From a virus (Duplodnaviria; Heunggongvirae; Uroviricota; Caudoviricetes), in the IMG/VR virus record IMGVR_UViG_3300031760_000004, positions 92,294 to 156,293 of that record: 64,000 nucleotides of DNA; one strand, given 5' to 3'. Positions 26,930 to 35,217 of the stretch are shown here, piece after piece (position 1 is the first letter of the stretch; each line of letters opens with the position of its first letter). Position numbers and translations under genes: made by a program. Below the pieces are notes generated by a model. The model saw nothing but the letters and a program-made list of their open reading frames with translations, was not told the origin of the DNA and did no database searches.

Positions 26930-27724
26930 ATGAACAAGGTTTCACTGGCGGCCGTGTTCCGCCATGATCCCGAGAGCGACGGCAGCACGATACCGGCCTC
27001 CCTGGAGCGCCAGGACCCCACCTGCGAGTGGGAGACGGTCGTCGACCCGATAGTCGGGTTCATGGCCGTGTCCTACATGGGTAGGGTTTCGTGGTGCTTC
27101 GTCAAATACGAGGCGCCCGACATCAGGTACCTGAAGAAGGGCGACAAGAGCCCCAGGATCAGGCTGGCCTCTATGTCCACGGCAAGGGTCGGCCACGTGA
27201 CGTGCCCGCAGTGCGGGAACGCGTGCGTGTACCCGGTCTGGTCTAAGACCGAGAACATGCCGTGCCCCGCGTGCGGCCACAAGGGCGTGGAGGCGGACCT
27301 CATCCGCGAGGGCGGATCGGAATTCATGTCCCTGATGGGCGACCTGAAGGGGCAGCTCGAGGAGGCAGTGCTCGGGGTCGACCAGGACACGGCCGACGAG
27401 TTCCGGTTCCCGGATCTCATGCTTCTTGGCCATGTCGACCCGTCCCCGTCCGTCGATCCGGCGCTTCAGGGTCTGGCCACGTCACGCGGCCTAGGCCTGA
27501 AGCTGGCGCGTGAAAGCTCCTCCCAGGAGCTGTTCGGGACCGGGATGCAGGGGCCGGACACCGGCCTCCTCATCAAGCCGGGCGTCGTGTCCGGGGTCCT
27601 GGACGCCGACGACGCCAGAGACGGGTGGCGCCGCACCGAGGGCGTGGTAACGTCATTTGTCAAGCTCGGGTGGCTCCCGAAGGAGCCGGCCAGGCCGGCG
27701 AGGTTCGGCGGTGCCAGGCTCTGA
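26930..27724 (+). CDS. hypothetical protein with Zn-ribbon
   Basis: CPQC...CPAC. Confidence 0.7.
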   Translation: MNKVSLAAVFRHDPESDGSTIPASLERQDPTCEWETVVDPIVGFMAVSYMGRVSWCFVKYEAPDIRYLKKGDKSPRIRLASMSTARVGHVTCPQCGNACVYPVWSKTENMPCPACGHKGVEADLIREGGSEFMSLMGDLKGQLEEAVLGVDQDTADEFRFPDLMLLGHVDPSPSVDPALQGLATSRGLGLKLARESSSQELFGTGMQGPDTGLLIKPGVVSGVLDADDARDGWRRTEGVVTSFVKLGWLPKEPARPARFGGARL

Positions 27725-27968
27725 ATGGGAACGGTTCGACCATGCACTATTCAGGCGTCTCAGGATTGAGCGCAAGCTCAGTCAGAGGGACCTGGCACGC
27801 GCCGTCGGGGTCACCACTATGACGGTCAAGAACTGGGACCACGGCAGATATTCGCCGAACGCCTCCGTGGTTCCGGCCCTGTGCGCGGCAATGGGGCTTT
27901 CCCCGTCCGAGCGCGCAAGGCTTGGCCTGAGGGGGTTTTCCGGGCCTTCCGGGCCCGACGATCTTTGA
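27711..27968 (+). CDS. XRE-family HTH transcriptional regulator
   Basis: LRIERKLSQRDLARAVGVTTMTVKNWDHGRYSP. Confidence 0.85.
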   Translation: MPGSEWERFDHALFRRLRIERKLSQRDLARAVGVTTMTVKNWDHGRYSPNASVVPALCAAMGLSPSERARLGLRGFSGPSGPDDL

Positions 27969-27969
27969 C

Positions 27970-27998
27970 TTGAAATCGCCTCTGCGTTCGCGTATACT
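27970..27998 (+). promoter_or_regulatory. sigma70-type promoter
   Basis: TTGAAA-N17-TATACT; ATG at 28006 suggests a leaderless mRNA. Confidence 0.7.
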
Positions 27999-28005
27999 AT
28001 GTCAC

Positions 28006-28302
28006 ATGGAAAACACCAGTGACAACGCGGGCATGGGGGCGTTTGAGCCGAAGGTATCGCAGCTCATCCACGAGACCAGGGGCCTTCTAGGGATCCTGAA
28101 GTCCGTGAAGGGGCTTGAAAACGACGGGGCCGAGAACCAGCTGTACCGGATAACGCTGAAGCGCTTCCGGGACAACTGCCTCCGGCTCGCGTCCTACATG
28201 GAGGCCTGCTCGATGCTCGCCGGCGACGCCGAGCGCGACAGGATCCTCAAGGCCAACGGCTGCGGCTGGGACGACGGAAAACACCGCGTCCTGCTGGGCT
28301 GA
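28006..28302 (+). CDS. hypothetical protein
   Basis: ATG just after the promoter. Confidence 0.65.
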   Translation: MENTSDNAGMGAFEPKVSQLIHETRGLLGILKSVKGLENDGAENQLYRITLKRFRDNCLRLASYMEACSMLAGDAERDRILKANGCGWDDGKHRVLLG

Positions 28303-28370
28303 ATTCCAACGCGGCCGCGCAGAACCAGCTATGCGCGGCCAAGATCAAGCTGGGAAAAGGAGCCATCATC

Positions 28371-28769
28371 ATGGCATTCAAGTTCAAGGTCAACCAGGGC
28401 GTCCACGTCCGCCAGGACATCTTCGACAAGCTGTGCGAGGCGCGCAACATGCGTCTGCACGGGGAGATACAGTTCATCGACTGCCACGCGGACCGTTTCG
28501 AGGTCCGGAAGAGCGACGGGTCCGTCGAGACGTTCAAGGCCTACGGTGACGAGCCGTCGTCGGTGAGGCTTTGCAACCTCCTCAACGCGGACATCCAGGC
28601 CGAGCCTGCGCGTCGCGAGGCCTACCTCGCGGCAAAGGCCTCCGACGTCAAGTCGGAGAAGTCGAAACCGGACACAGGGAAGCCCTCGGTCCGCCCGTTC
28701 ATACCGCGTGGCGAGAGGTTCGCACGCGAGGACGCCGAGAACGCGAAGTTCAAGGGGGCCAGGATATGA
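28371..28769 (+). CDS. hypothetical protein
   Basis: AAGGAG RBS. Confidence 0.7.
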   Translation: MAFKFKVNQGVHVRQDIFDKLCEARNMRLHGEIQFIDCHADRFEVRKSDGSVETFKAYGDEPSSVRLCNLLNADIQAEPARREAYLAAKASDVKSEKSKPDTGKPSVRPFIPRGERFAREDAENAKFKGARI

Positions 28770-28921
28770 GGGCCTCCCGCAACATCAGCGTCCGCGCCGT
28801 CCGCGAGGCGCAGAAGGCCGAGTACCGCGAACGTCGCCAGGCAGCCTCGGGCTTCGGTCCGGATACGCTGTTCGGCTGGAGACAGCCGAGCAAGCCTGAG
28901 CCGGCCAAGACCGGCAAGTGA
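28766..28921 (+). CDS. small basic protein
   Basis: ATGA coupling; ends at a terminator. Confidence 0.5.
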   Translation: MRASRNISVRAVREAQKAEYRERRQAASGFGPDTLFGWRQPSKPEPAKTGK

Positions 28922-28957
28922 GAGAGCGGCCCCTTCGGGGGCCGTTTCTCTTTTTTT
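28921..28957 (+). terminator. intrinsic terminator
   Basis: GCGGCCCC-TTCG-GGGGCCGT stem followed by a T7 tract. Confidence 0.9.
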
Positions 28958-28964
28958 ACCTATC

Positions 28965-28997
28965 GTCTTAAAACAGCCTCTACAGAAGTTATAACAA
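28965..28997 (+). promoter_or_regulatory. repeated promoter-like motif, copy 2
   Basis: GTCTTAA at 28965, ACAGCCT, AGAAGTTATAACAA. Confidence 0.65.
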
Positions 28998-29062
28998 AAT
29001 AGTAGGAAACTGTTAATTTCCAACGCACAACGCGTGGAGCGGTTTCTTTAAGGAGATTTACA

Positions 29063-30004
29063 ATGAAAAAGTTCTACCGTGACCGTGCTTCTCTTGTTCC
29101 TGGAGACTTAATGCCTGGTCCAGAATGGCACGATACCGACAACATTGACGTTGAGAATTGCCTCAGGACATATGCGGGACAGTATGTTGCTGCCGTCCAT
29201 ACGGCGGCTGGCAATGCCCACTATGACACCTGTTGCTTCCTCGCTGGGTTTGGCACCCGCGATGCGGCGGAAAGGGCCGTGGCGGAGGTCATATCGGCCA
29301 GACTCAAGACCTTCGGGAAAAACATCCTCCCAGGAGAGGTCCTTGAGCTTGGTCGAAGGTCTTGGAGTCGGAGGCCTACTGAATGGGGTGGCCCTCCTCG
29401 CCCGTTTCAGCGGATCAGTTTGTTTCTTCACTTCGGACGGGTGTACAGCCCATTGAAGCCTGAGGAGCAGGCCAAGGACCGGAACGCCTACGAGGCCTAC
29501 ATGGCCATGAAGGCCGAGGAAGAGGCCATCGCCAAGGCCAGGGCGGAGGAGGCAAAGGCGAAGATGCTCTCCGAGCATCAAAGTCAGCCACGGGCCGTGC
29601 ATGACCGGAAGCCTCCGGAAATCGAGGACCGTGAGACGAGGGAGGACCGGGAGTTGATATCGCGGCTTGTCTTCAGGGCCCAGGATAGAAGGTTCACAGG
29701 CTTGCGGTACAAGGTAGACTGGGCTCCGATAAACCGGCAGTTGGCCAGATGTGGCGTCTGGTCTGAGATTCACTCTGCGCTTGACGCGCTTGTTACCACG
29801 GACAAGTACTGGTTCATCGCCAGATGCCGTGTCTACGGGCAGAGAGCGGCTGAGTTGAACAACTTGCGGAACAAGATCCGAAAGGCCGCGTTCCGAGAGC
29901 TTGAGATCGCCTCGTTTTACAGGAGGCTACCGGAGATCACGCGCAAGTGGGCGGAGGCATACGTGGCGAGACGTCGCGAACGCCTCGACTCTATTGCAGC
30001 GTGA
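29063..30004 (+). CDS. hypothetical protein
   Basis: AAGGAG RBS; own promoter and terminator. Confidence 0.75.
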   Translation: MKKFYRDRASLVPGDLMPGPEWHDTDNIDVENCLRTYAGQYVAAVHTAAGNAHYDTCCFLAGFGTRDAAERAVAEVISARLKTFGKNILPGEVLELGRRSWSRRPTEWGGPPRPFQRISLFLHFGRVYSPLKPEEQAKDRNAYEAYMAMKAEEEAIAKARAEEAKAKMLSEHQSQPRAVHDRKPPEIEDRETREDRELISRLVFRAQDRRFTGLRYKVDWAPINRQLARCGVWSEIHSALDALVTTDKYWFIARCRVYGQRAAELNNLRNKIRKAAFRELEIASFYRRLPEITRKWAEAYVARRRERLDSIAA

Positions 30005-30008
30005 CCAC

Positions 30009-30043
30009 GCACGCGGCGGCCTTCGGGCCGCTGCGCGTTTTTT
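30009..30043 (+). terminator. intrinsic terminator
   Basis: CGCGGCGGCC-TTCG-GGCCGCTGCG followed by T6. Confidence 0.9.
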
Positions 30044-30052
30044 ATCTATCAG

Positions 30053-30085
30053 GTCTTAATTACAGCCTGTAAGAAGTTATAACAA
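30053..30085 (+). promoter_or_regulatory. repeated promoter-like motif, copy 3
   Basis: GTCTTAA at 30053, ACAGCCT, AGAAGTTATAACAA. Confidence 0.65.
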
Positions 30086-30185
30086 TTTAACGGAAGGACG
30101 TTATTACATGACGCATAATGCGTGTGGCGTCCGACCATTAGCACCGGCATTCTGGACGCCGGAATAAAAATAGTTCGGAAAACTT

Positions 30186-30875
30186 ATGACAGACACACAG
30201 GTACAGCAACTCATGACGACGCTCTCGAAAATAGAGCGCAAGTACGTAAACGCGGTCTTCTCGTTCATAAAACTGGTTGAACGCGTTGCCATGGCGCCGT
30301 ACCCGGTCGCCATGCTGAAGACTCTCGAATGGCTTGCGGAAAACAACCAAGTTGAGATAAAGCTTAACTCAGACAACAAGATAAAGCCCGAGGACGAAGA
30401 GTATTCAAGCGGAGACCACCGCGTATACATCCACGCCTCAGACGGCATGGTGTGCGTTTCCGACAAGATGCCTTCCAAATGGACTGACAGTATTGGCAGG
30501 ACTCATGTCGAGAACCACATCGTGCTTGGACTGTCTACAAGTCTTGAGGGAATGCTGTCTGAGGGTCTCCACAACTTTGGGACACGCCCATCAGACATCA
30601 CGGAGTACAAGCGTGTATGCTCGAAACAACTGCTTATGGTTGAATACCTCAAGCACTACGAGGATGCGCTGACATACGTCATCGACTATGCGACCGTTCG
30701 GTCTGAAACTGAAGACGAGGCTTTGTCCACGTTTGACAAGATGTTGTCAGGCGAGACTGAGAACAGTTCGCTCAAGATAATGAGTAGAGAGTCACCAAAG
30801 TATCGTCCATCCATGCCAGATAGGCCAGTTTTGTCAGAAATGCATTGCGAAGACAATGACGATGACAATGACTAG
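30186..30875 (+). CDS. hypothetical protein
   Basis: ORF between promoter motif and terminator. Confidence 0.7.
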   Translation: MTDTQVQQLMTTLSKIERKYVNAVFSFIKLVERVAMAPYPVAMLKTLEWLAENNQVEIKLNSDNKIKPEDEEYSSGDHRVYIHASDGMVCVSDKMPSKWTDSIGRTHVENHIVLGLSTSLEGMLSEGLHNFGTRPSDITEYKRVCSKQLLMVEYLKHYEDALTYVIDYATVRSETEDEALSTFDKMLSGETENSSLKIMSRESPKYRPSMPDRPVLSEMHCEDNDDDND

Positions 30876-30883
30876 CCACTCAC

Positions 30884-30919
30884 AAGCCCGTCCCCGCAAG
30901 GGGCTCCGGGCTTTTTTTT
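30884..30919 (+). terminator. intrinsic terminator
   Basis: AAGCCCG-TCCCC-GCAA-GGGG-CTC-CGGGCTT followed by a T tract. Confidence 0.85.
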
Positions 30920-30957
30920 ACCTATCAAAGATTTTTTTACAGAGTCGAAAAAAAGTG

Positions 30958-30986
30958 TTGACACAGAAGCAACTTTTAGATATACT
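30958..30986 (+). promoter_or_regulatory. near-consensus sigma70 promoter
   Basis: TTGACA-N17-TATACT. Confidence 0.85.
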
Positions 30987-30995
30987 CTTAAGCAA

Positions 30996-31649
30996 ATGAT
31001 CGACTCGGAATCAACAATAGCACAAGCCCTTGCCAGCAGGGCTAATACTTCCAAGGCCAAGGCCAAAAAGCCAAAGTCGGTTAAGTGCCACCGCCCGCGC
31101 AGGGAGTCCACCAAGACCATCACCACCAGGCTTTACTCCAAGTGGTCCGAAGTGGTCCGCGCCCTTGCTGGAAACAAGTGCATCGTATGCGGGTCGACCG
31201 AGCTTCTGAACGCCCACCACATCATTCCAAGGCAGATCTGCTCCGGCCTCAGGTTCAGCGTAGAGAACGGAGCCTGCCTTTGCCCTAGCCACCACAAGTT
31301 CGGGAAGCACTCGGCACACAAGAACGGAGTGTGGTTCTCCGAATGGCTACGTGCGCATGACCCCGAGAAGCACATGTTTTGCGTTGAGCACATGGAGGAC
31401 GAGCTTGACTGCTCTGACCGTCTGGCCCTGTACTGCGTCGAGCTGAAGATGCACACAAGGTACGTGCATGTGCTTGGAAAGCTAGACTCGTTTGAGGTTT
31501 ATGGAATCCTTGCGGACGGACGCGAGATACACGGAACCGTTCCTGGAGTTTACAACGCCAAGGCAGCCGAGACCTTGTTCGCTGCAGGATGGAACACCAA
31601 GGGCCCTGAACGTCTTAAGGGCATAACCAAGGTGGAGAAGCAGAAATGA
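30996..31649 (+). CDS. HNH endonuclease (NinG-like)
   Basis: WSEVVR..KCIVCG..LNAHHII..ENGACLCPSHH. Confidence 0.85.
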   Translation: MIDSESTIAQALASRANTSKAKAKKPKSVKCHRPRRESTKTITTRLYSKWSEVVRALAGNKCIVCGSTELLNAHHIIPRQICSGLRFSVENGACLCPSHHKFGKHSAHKNGVWFSEWLRAHDPEKHMFCVEHMEDELDCSDRLALYCVELKMHTRYVHVLGKLDSFEVYGILADGREIHGTVPGVYNAKAAETLFAAGWNTKGPERLKGITKVEKQK

Positions 31650-31658
31650 TTTTCACTA

Positions 31659-31735
31659 GCACCCTTAGCACAATTGGCCAGTGCACCAGATTGTCGATCT
31701 GGCGGTTGCCGGTTCGAGCCCGGCAGGGTGCGCCA
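31659..31735 (+). tRNA. tRNA-Asp(GTC)
   Basis: GCACCCT/AGGGTGC acceptor, CCAGA-TTGTCGA-TCTGG arm, G73, CCA. Confidence 0.92.
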
Positions 31736-31742
31736 TTTTTAC

Positions 31743-31819
31743 CGCGGGGTGGAGCAGGTGGAAGCTCACCAGACCAATACTCTGGAGGTCGCGTGGTTCG
31801 AGTCCCGCCCACGCTACCA
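31743..31819 (+). tRNA. atypical tRNA-like gene: initiator-like body with AAT anticodon (possible pseudo-tRNA)
   Basis: CGCGGGGTGGAGCAG 5' end, CCAGA-CCAATAC-TCTGG arm (C33), mismatched acceptor and T-stem, CCA end. Confidence 0.6.
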
Positions 31820-31837
31820 TTTTGTGAGGTATAAACG

Positions 31838-32590
31838 ATGCCGTCTGAATCTTTAATCAACACAGGCATGGGTGACCCTGAAGAGCTGGAGAGAATAGTC
31901 GCGGTCGAAAAGGCCGAGAAGCTCAAGGCCGCCCAGGATGTCCTTGACAACTTCATCAAGAAGGACATGCGTCTTAGCCAGCAAGAGCTTGACTGGGAGT
32001 CGGACAAGTTCGACGAATGGATGCAGTCAGATTCCCTCAAGAAGTTTGTTGAGGCAGCCTGGGAGGTTTTTGGAAACGTAGAGAGGAACGACAGAGGTAT
32101 CTTTGTAAGCTGGATATCGGCGGTTGAGGATGCCTTTGATGTCGAATCAGTGTCCGCCACCACTGTTTCGGAGGCGTACCTGTACGCCGTAACACTGCAT
32201 ATCCGGTGTAAGGACGGGAAGCTGTACGACTACTGTCAAAGATATGACAAGGCCGAGTTCATTCTTTTTGAAACGTTCCACGACAAGAAGCTTGACTTAT
32301 TCAAGCGGTTCTTCAGGTATGACAACATGCGCTGCCTGAAGGAGTTGGTCATGGAGATAAGGCTTCAGCATCCGTATGACAACTGGGACAACTACAAGGA
32401 CATGAGCAAGGTCCCTCTGTCAGAGCTACCAGAACCTGCCAAGATGGATCCAGAGAAGTTCAAGAGAATATGCGACCAGCTTGACAAGGAGGCTGCTGAG
32501 AACCTTACGTTGAAGGAGGCGGCCAGACGTGGCAACTGGAATGCCGATACATTCAAGAGGCAGACCGGAAGAGGATTGTTTGAATTTTAA
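31838..32590 (+). CDS. hypothetical protein
   Basis: GAGG RBS. Confidence 0.75.
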   Translation: MPSESLINTGMGDPEELERIVAVEKAEKLKAAQDVLDNFIKKDMRLSQQELDWESDKFDEWMQSDSLKKFVEAAWEVFGNVERNDRGIFVSWISAVEDAFDVESVSATTVSEAYLYAVTLHIRCKDGKLYDYCQRYDKAEFILFETFHDKKLDLFKRFFRYDNMRCLKELVMEIRLQHPYDNWDNYKDMSKVPLSELPEPAKMDPEKFKRICDQLDKEAAENLTLKEAARRGNWNADTFKRQTGRGLFEF

Positions 32591-32594
32591 CCAT

Positions 32595-32685
32595 CGTGAG
32601 GTATGACCAGTGGCGACGTCAGTGGACTGTAAATCCACCACCCTTTCGGGAAACACCGGAGGTTCGACTCCTCCCCTCACGACCA
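32595..32685 (+). tRNA. tRNA-Tyr(GTA), long variable arm, C1:G72
   Basis: CGTGAGG/CCTCACG acceptor, GTGGA-CTGTAAA-TCCAC arm, GGAGG-TTCGACT-CCTCC, A73, CCA. Confidence 0.9.
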
Positions 32686-32714
32686 TTTAACCCGCACCCA
32701 ACCAAGGAGAGACA

Positions 32715-33278
32715 ATGATCAGCAACGCCCCAGATGGCCTTATGCCAGAACAACACGCGTACAACGCGGACAGCGCAAAAGCCTCGGTTTCCGCACCGTG
32801 GTACATTTACTGCAGGGAGGTGAAGGCCCTGTTCCACAAGGACCCGGACGTGACCGTACAGTTCGAGGATTCAGGTGAGGCGAAGACGCTCAAGCTATTC
32901 GTAGAGGGCTACGACAAGACCGAGGCAATCGGACTGCTTCTTCCCAAGGAGAAGGTGTTCGGCAACGTCGTGGTTGACATACAGGTCATACCGTCCAACA
33001 ACAACAAGATCGGGTATACGATCGAGGATATCTTCAAGCGTGCGTTCGAAGGCAACCCGTCGTTCAAGGGAGTGGTAACTTTCAAGCCGGTTGGAACAAC
33101 TAACCCGTTCACTTTCGTGACGTTCGAGAACGCCGTAACGCAAATTTGGGTTGACAACCTTTCCGACATCAACGGTATCAAGTCGACTCTTCTCGAGGAT
33201 GTCGCCAAGGACGTCATCAACACTCCTCTCGGCGTTTGCTACTGCACCGCTCTAGGAGACGATGTCATCAGGAAGTAG
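32715..33278 (+). CDS. conserved hypothetical phage protein
   Basis: AAGGAG RBS; SAPW..LPKEKVFGNV..AFEGNP..STLLEDVAKD pattern recalled from other phages. Confidence 0.75.
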   Translation: MISNAPDGLMPEQHAYNADSAKASVSAPWYIYCREVKALFHKDPDVTVQFEDSGEAKTLKLFVEGYDKTEAIGLLLPKEKVFGNVVVDIQVIPSNNNKIGYTIEDIFKRAFEGNPSFKGVVTFKPVGTTNPFTFVTFENAVTQIWVDNLSDINGIKSTLLEDVAKDVINTPLGVCYCTALGDDVIRK

Positions 33279-33284
33279 GCTGAC

Positions 33285-33671
33285 ATGTCAGATTCAGACA
33301 GTTTGAAGTCCCTGGATCTGTGCGGGAAGAACCTCGACACGTCCAGTCTCGAGTACCTTGTAGACTGGAGACTTGACGAGAAGTTCAAGTACGATCCAAG
33401 CGCGTTCAGGGTTCTTACACCTAGCATCAGGTACAGCGTTTCGGATCCGCGTTTCGCCGGAAAGGCCAGCGACGCAATATCCGAAATCATAGCCGGCGAC
33501 CTGTTCAAGACCGTGTCGTCGCATCCCGGATTCCGTGACGACGATATATGCGCCATGAGCAAGACGTACCTCGTTAAGGACGACAACGCCGGGGATCCGG
33601 GCTTCAAGGCGTTCGCGTGGATCGCCATGAGGCGGCACGACGGAAGCAAACCAGAAGTGGAAAAGGAGTAG
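33285..33671 (+). CDS. hypothetical protein
   Basis: ORF in gene run. Confidence 0.65.
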   Translation: MSDSDSLKSLDLCGKNLDTSSLEYLVDWRLDEKFKYDPSAFRVLTPSIRYSVSDPRFAGKASDAISEIIAGDLFKTVSSHPGFRDDDICAMSKTYLVKDDNAGDPGFKAFAWIAMRRHDGSKPEVEKE

Positions 33672-33675
33672 TGCA

Positions 33676-33966
33676 ATGACGTTTGGAGAAGCAATCGAGG
33701 CCCTGAAGGCCGGCAAGAAGGTGGCCCGCAAGGGCTGGAACGGAAAGGGCATGCACCTGTGGCTCAAGCCCGCCACGATGGTGAAGTCCGAGTGGTGCCA
33801 CGACCCGGAGCTCAAGAAGCTTGTGGACGCCAACGGCGGCGAGCTTCTAGCCCTTGGAACAATTTGCATGTACACGCACGATTCGACTGGAAGGAACGCC
33901 ATCCTGACAGGCTGGCTGGCGTCGCAGTCGGACATGCTTCTAGATGACTGGGAAGTCGTTCAGTAA
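33676..33966 (+). CDS. DUF2829-family protein, Tad2-like anti-defence nucleotide-sponge candidate
   Basis: MTFGEAIEALKAGKKVARKGWNGKGM..GWLASQSDMLLDDW. Confidence 0.85.
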   Translation: MTFGEAIEALKAGKKVARKGWNGKGMHLWLKPATMVKSEWCHDPELKKLVDANGGELLALGTICMYTHDSTGRNAILTGWLASQSDMLLDDWEVVQ

Positions 33967-33977
33967 GGAGGACAACC

Positions 33978-34283
33978 ATGGCGGAAGACAACAACACCAA
34001 TGACAATGCAACTGAGGCTGCGGCAGCGCCGGAGCAGGAGCGCATCAGCGAATTGAAGCGCGAGGACCTTGTCAGAATCATCATGCCGTCGGTAGGCGAC
34101 ATGCAGCTCGTGGTACAGGACGGCGGAGTGCTCCTGTTCCGTCCGGTATACTTTGGAGGCGAGTGCGCGGGCCCGATCGTCCAGCGCGTGAGCGCGTGCT
34201 CGGACGGCACGGAGCATGTCAACGCCTCGTACCGAGTCAAGATCCGCAGCAACGGCGAGCTCAAGCTCGCGAAGGCCGATTAG
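33978..34283 (+). CDS. hypothetical protein
   Basis: AAGGAGG RBS. Confidence 0.7.
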   Translation: MAEDNNTNDNATEAAAAPEQERISELKREDLVRIIMPSVGDMQLVVQDGGVLLFRPVYFGGECAGPIVQRVSACSDGTEHVNASYRVKIRSNGELKLAKAD

Positions 34284-34294
34284 GATCCACCGGC

Positions 34295-34846
34295 ATGAAG
34301 ATGGAGCTGTCCAGAAGGCAGGGTTACGAGGCCGACGGCGCGGTTGCAGCCAAGCTGTCCGAGCAGGCCGCGTACCATCTGTCGCAGATACTTGAGACGT
34401 TCGGCATACGCGAGATACGAGTCGGATTCGCAAAGTCGATGTCCGGCGAGACTCCGAGGCTGTCCGAGGTGTCGTACTTCGACGGGGTTCCGCCCGAGAT
34501 ATCGTCATGGGCCGTTCCGGCGGAGCATCTTCTGGCCGGCCTAATGGCCGTGTTCGGGATGTCCGGGCTGTCGTTGAAGGCCGAGGGCCAGGACGACGAG
34601 GCCGAACTGTCCAGGCTGTGGGCTGGCATCCTTTCGGCGGAGACGCCGAAGTGGAAGCCCCCGGTCAGGGAGTGGGGCGTGTCCGGAGGCGAGCGCATAG
34701 ACGTCGGCGGAGACATGCCCAGGTTGGATCAGGCGACGCCAAAGCCGATCCAGCCTTCCCAGCCGGCTCAGCAGGAGTCTGAATCCGACTCACAGGACAT
34801 GGCCGGCGACGGCCGTGATTCAGGCCCGGAGGTCATACTGCTTTGA
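34295..34846 (+). CDS. hypothetical protein
   Basis: ORF in gene run. Confidence 0.6.
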   Translation: MKMELSRRQGYEADGAVAAKLSEQAAYHLSQILETFGIREIRVGFAKSMSGETPRLSEVSYFDGVPPEISSWAVPAEHLLAGLMAVFGMSGLSLKAEGQDDEAELSRLWAGILSAETPKWKPPVREWGVSGGERIDVGGDMPRLDQATPKPIQPSQPAQQESESDSQDMAGDGRDSGPEVILL

Positions 34847-35205
34847 GGAAAGAGCTGGAACACGATCCGGACGCGCTCGACGCCCTTGGCGCCGTCGATT
34901 CCGTCGCGGCGACCTCGAGGATACACAACGACTCGGGCGTCGACAGGATGACCGAGGCGCAGAAGAAGCGCGTGGCCAGGTTCTACGAGGTGCTGGCCAA
35001 CTCCATGCCGCTCGAGGGCAGGGACTTCAGGGTGGTGTTCGTCCCGATGGACGACGGCCTGTCCGTCTCCACTGAGCTCCACGGCCTGAACCCGCTCGGG
35101 CGTGCGTTCATGGCGGCCCTGGCCTCCGAGTGGAGGATCCACGGCTCTGGAGACTACGACATAGACAGGGGCGGGTCCGGGAAGGGCCGCGCCGTTGACA
35201 GGTAA
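34843..35205 (+). CDS. hypothetical protein
   Basis: TTGA coupling. Confidence 0.6.
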   Translation: MRKELEHDPDALDALGAVDSVAATSRIHNDSGVDRMTEAQKKRVARFYEVLANSMPLEGRDFRVVFVPMDDGLSVSTELHGLNPLGRAFMAALASEWRIHGSGDYDIDRGGSGKGRAVDR

Positions 35206-35217
35206 AGGAGAACAGGA

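Noticed and set aside
31646-31856. ORFs 31646-31834 and 31674-31856
   Set aside because: They overlap two tRNA genes
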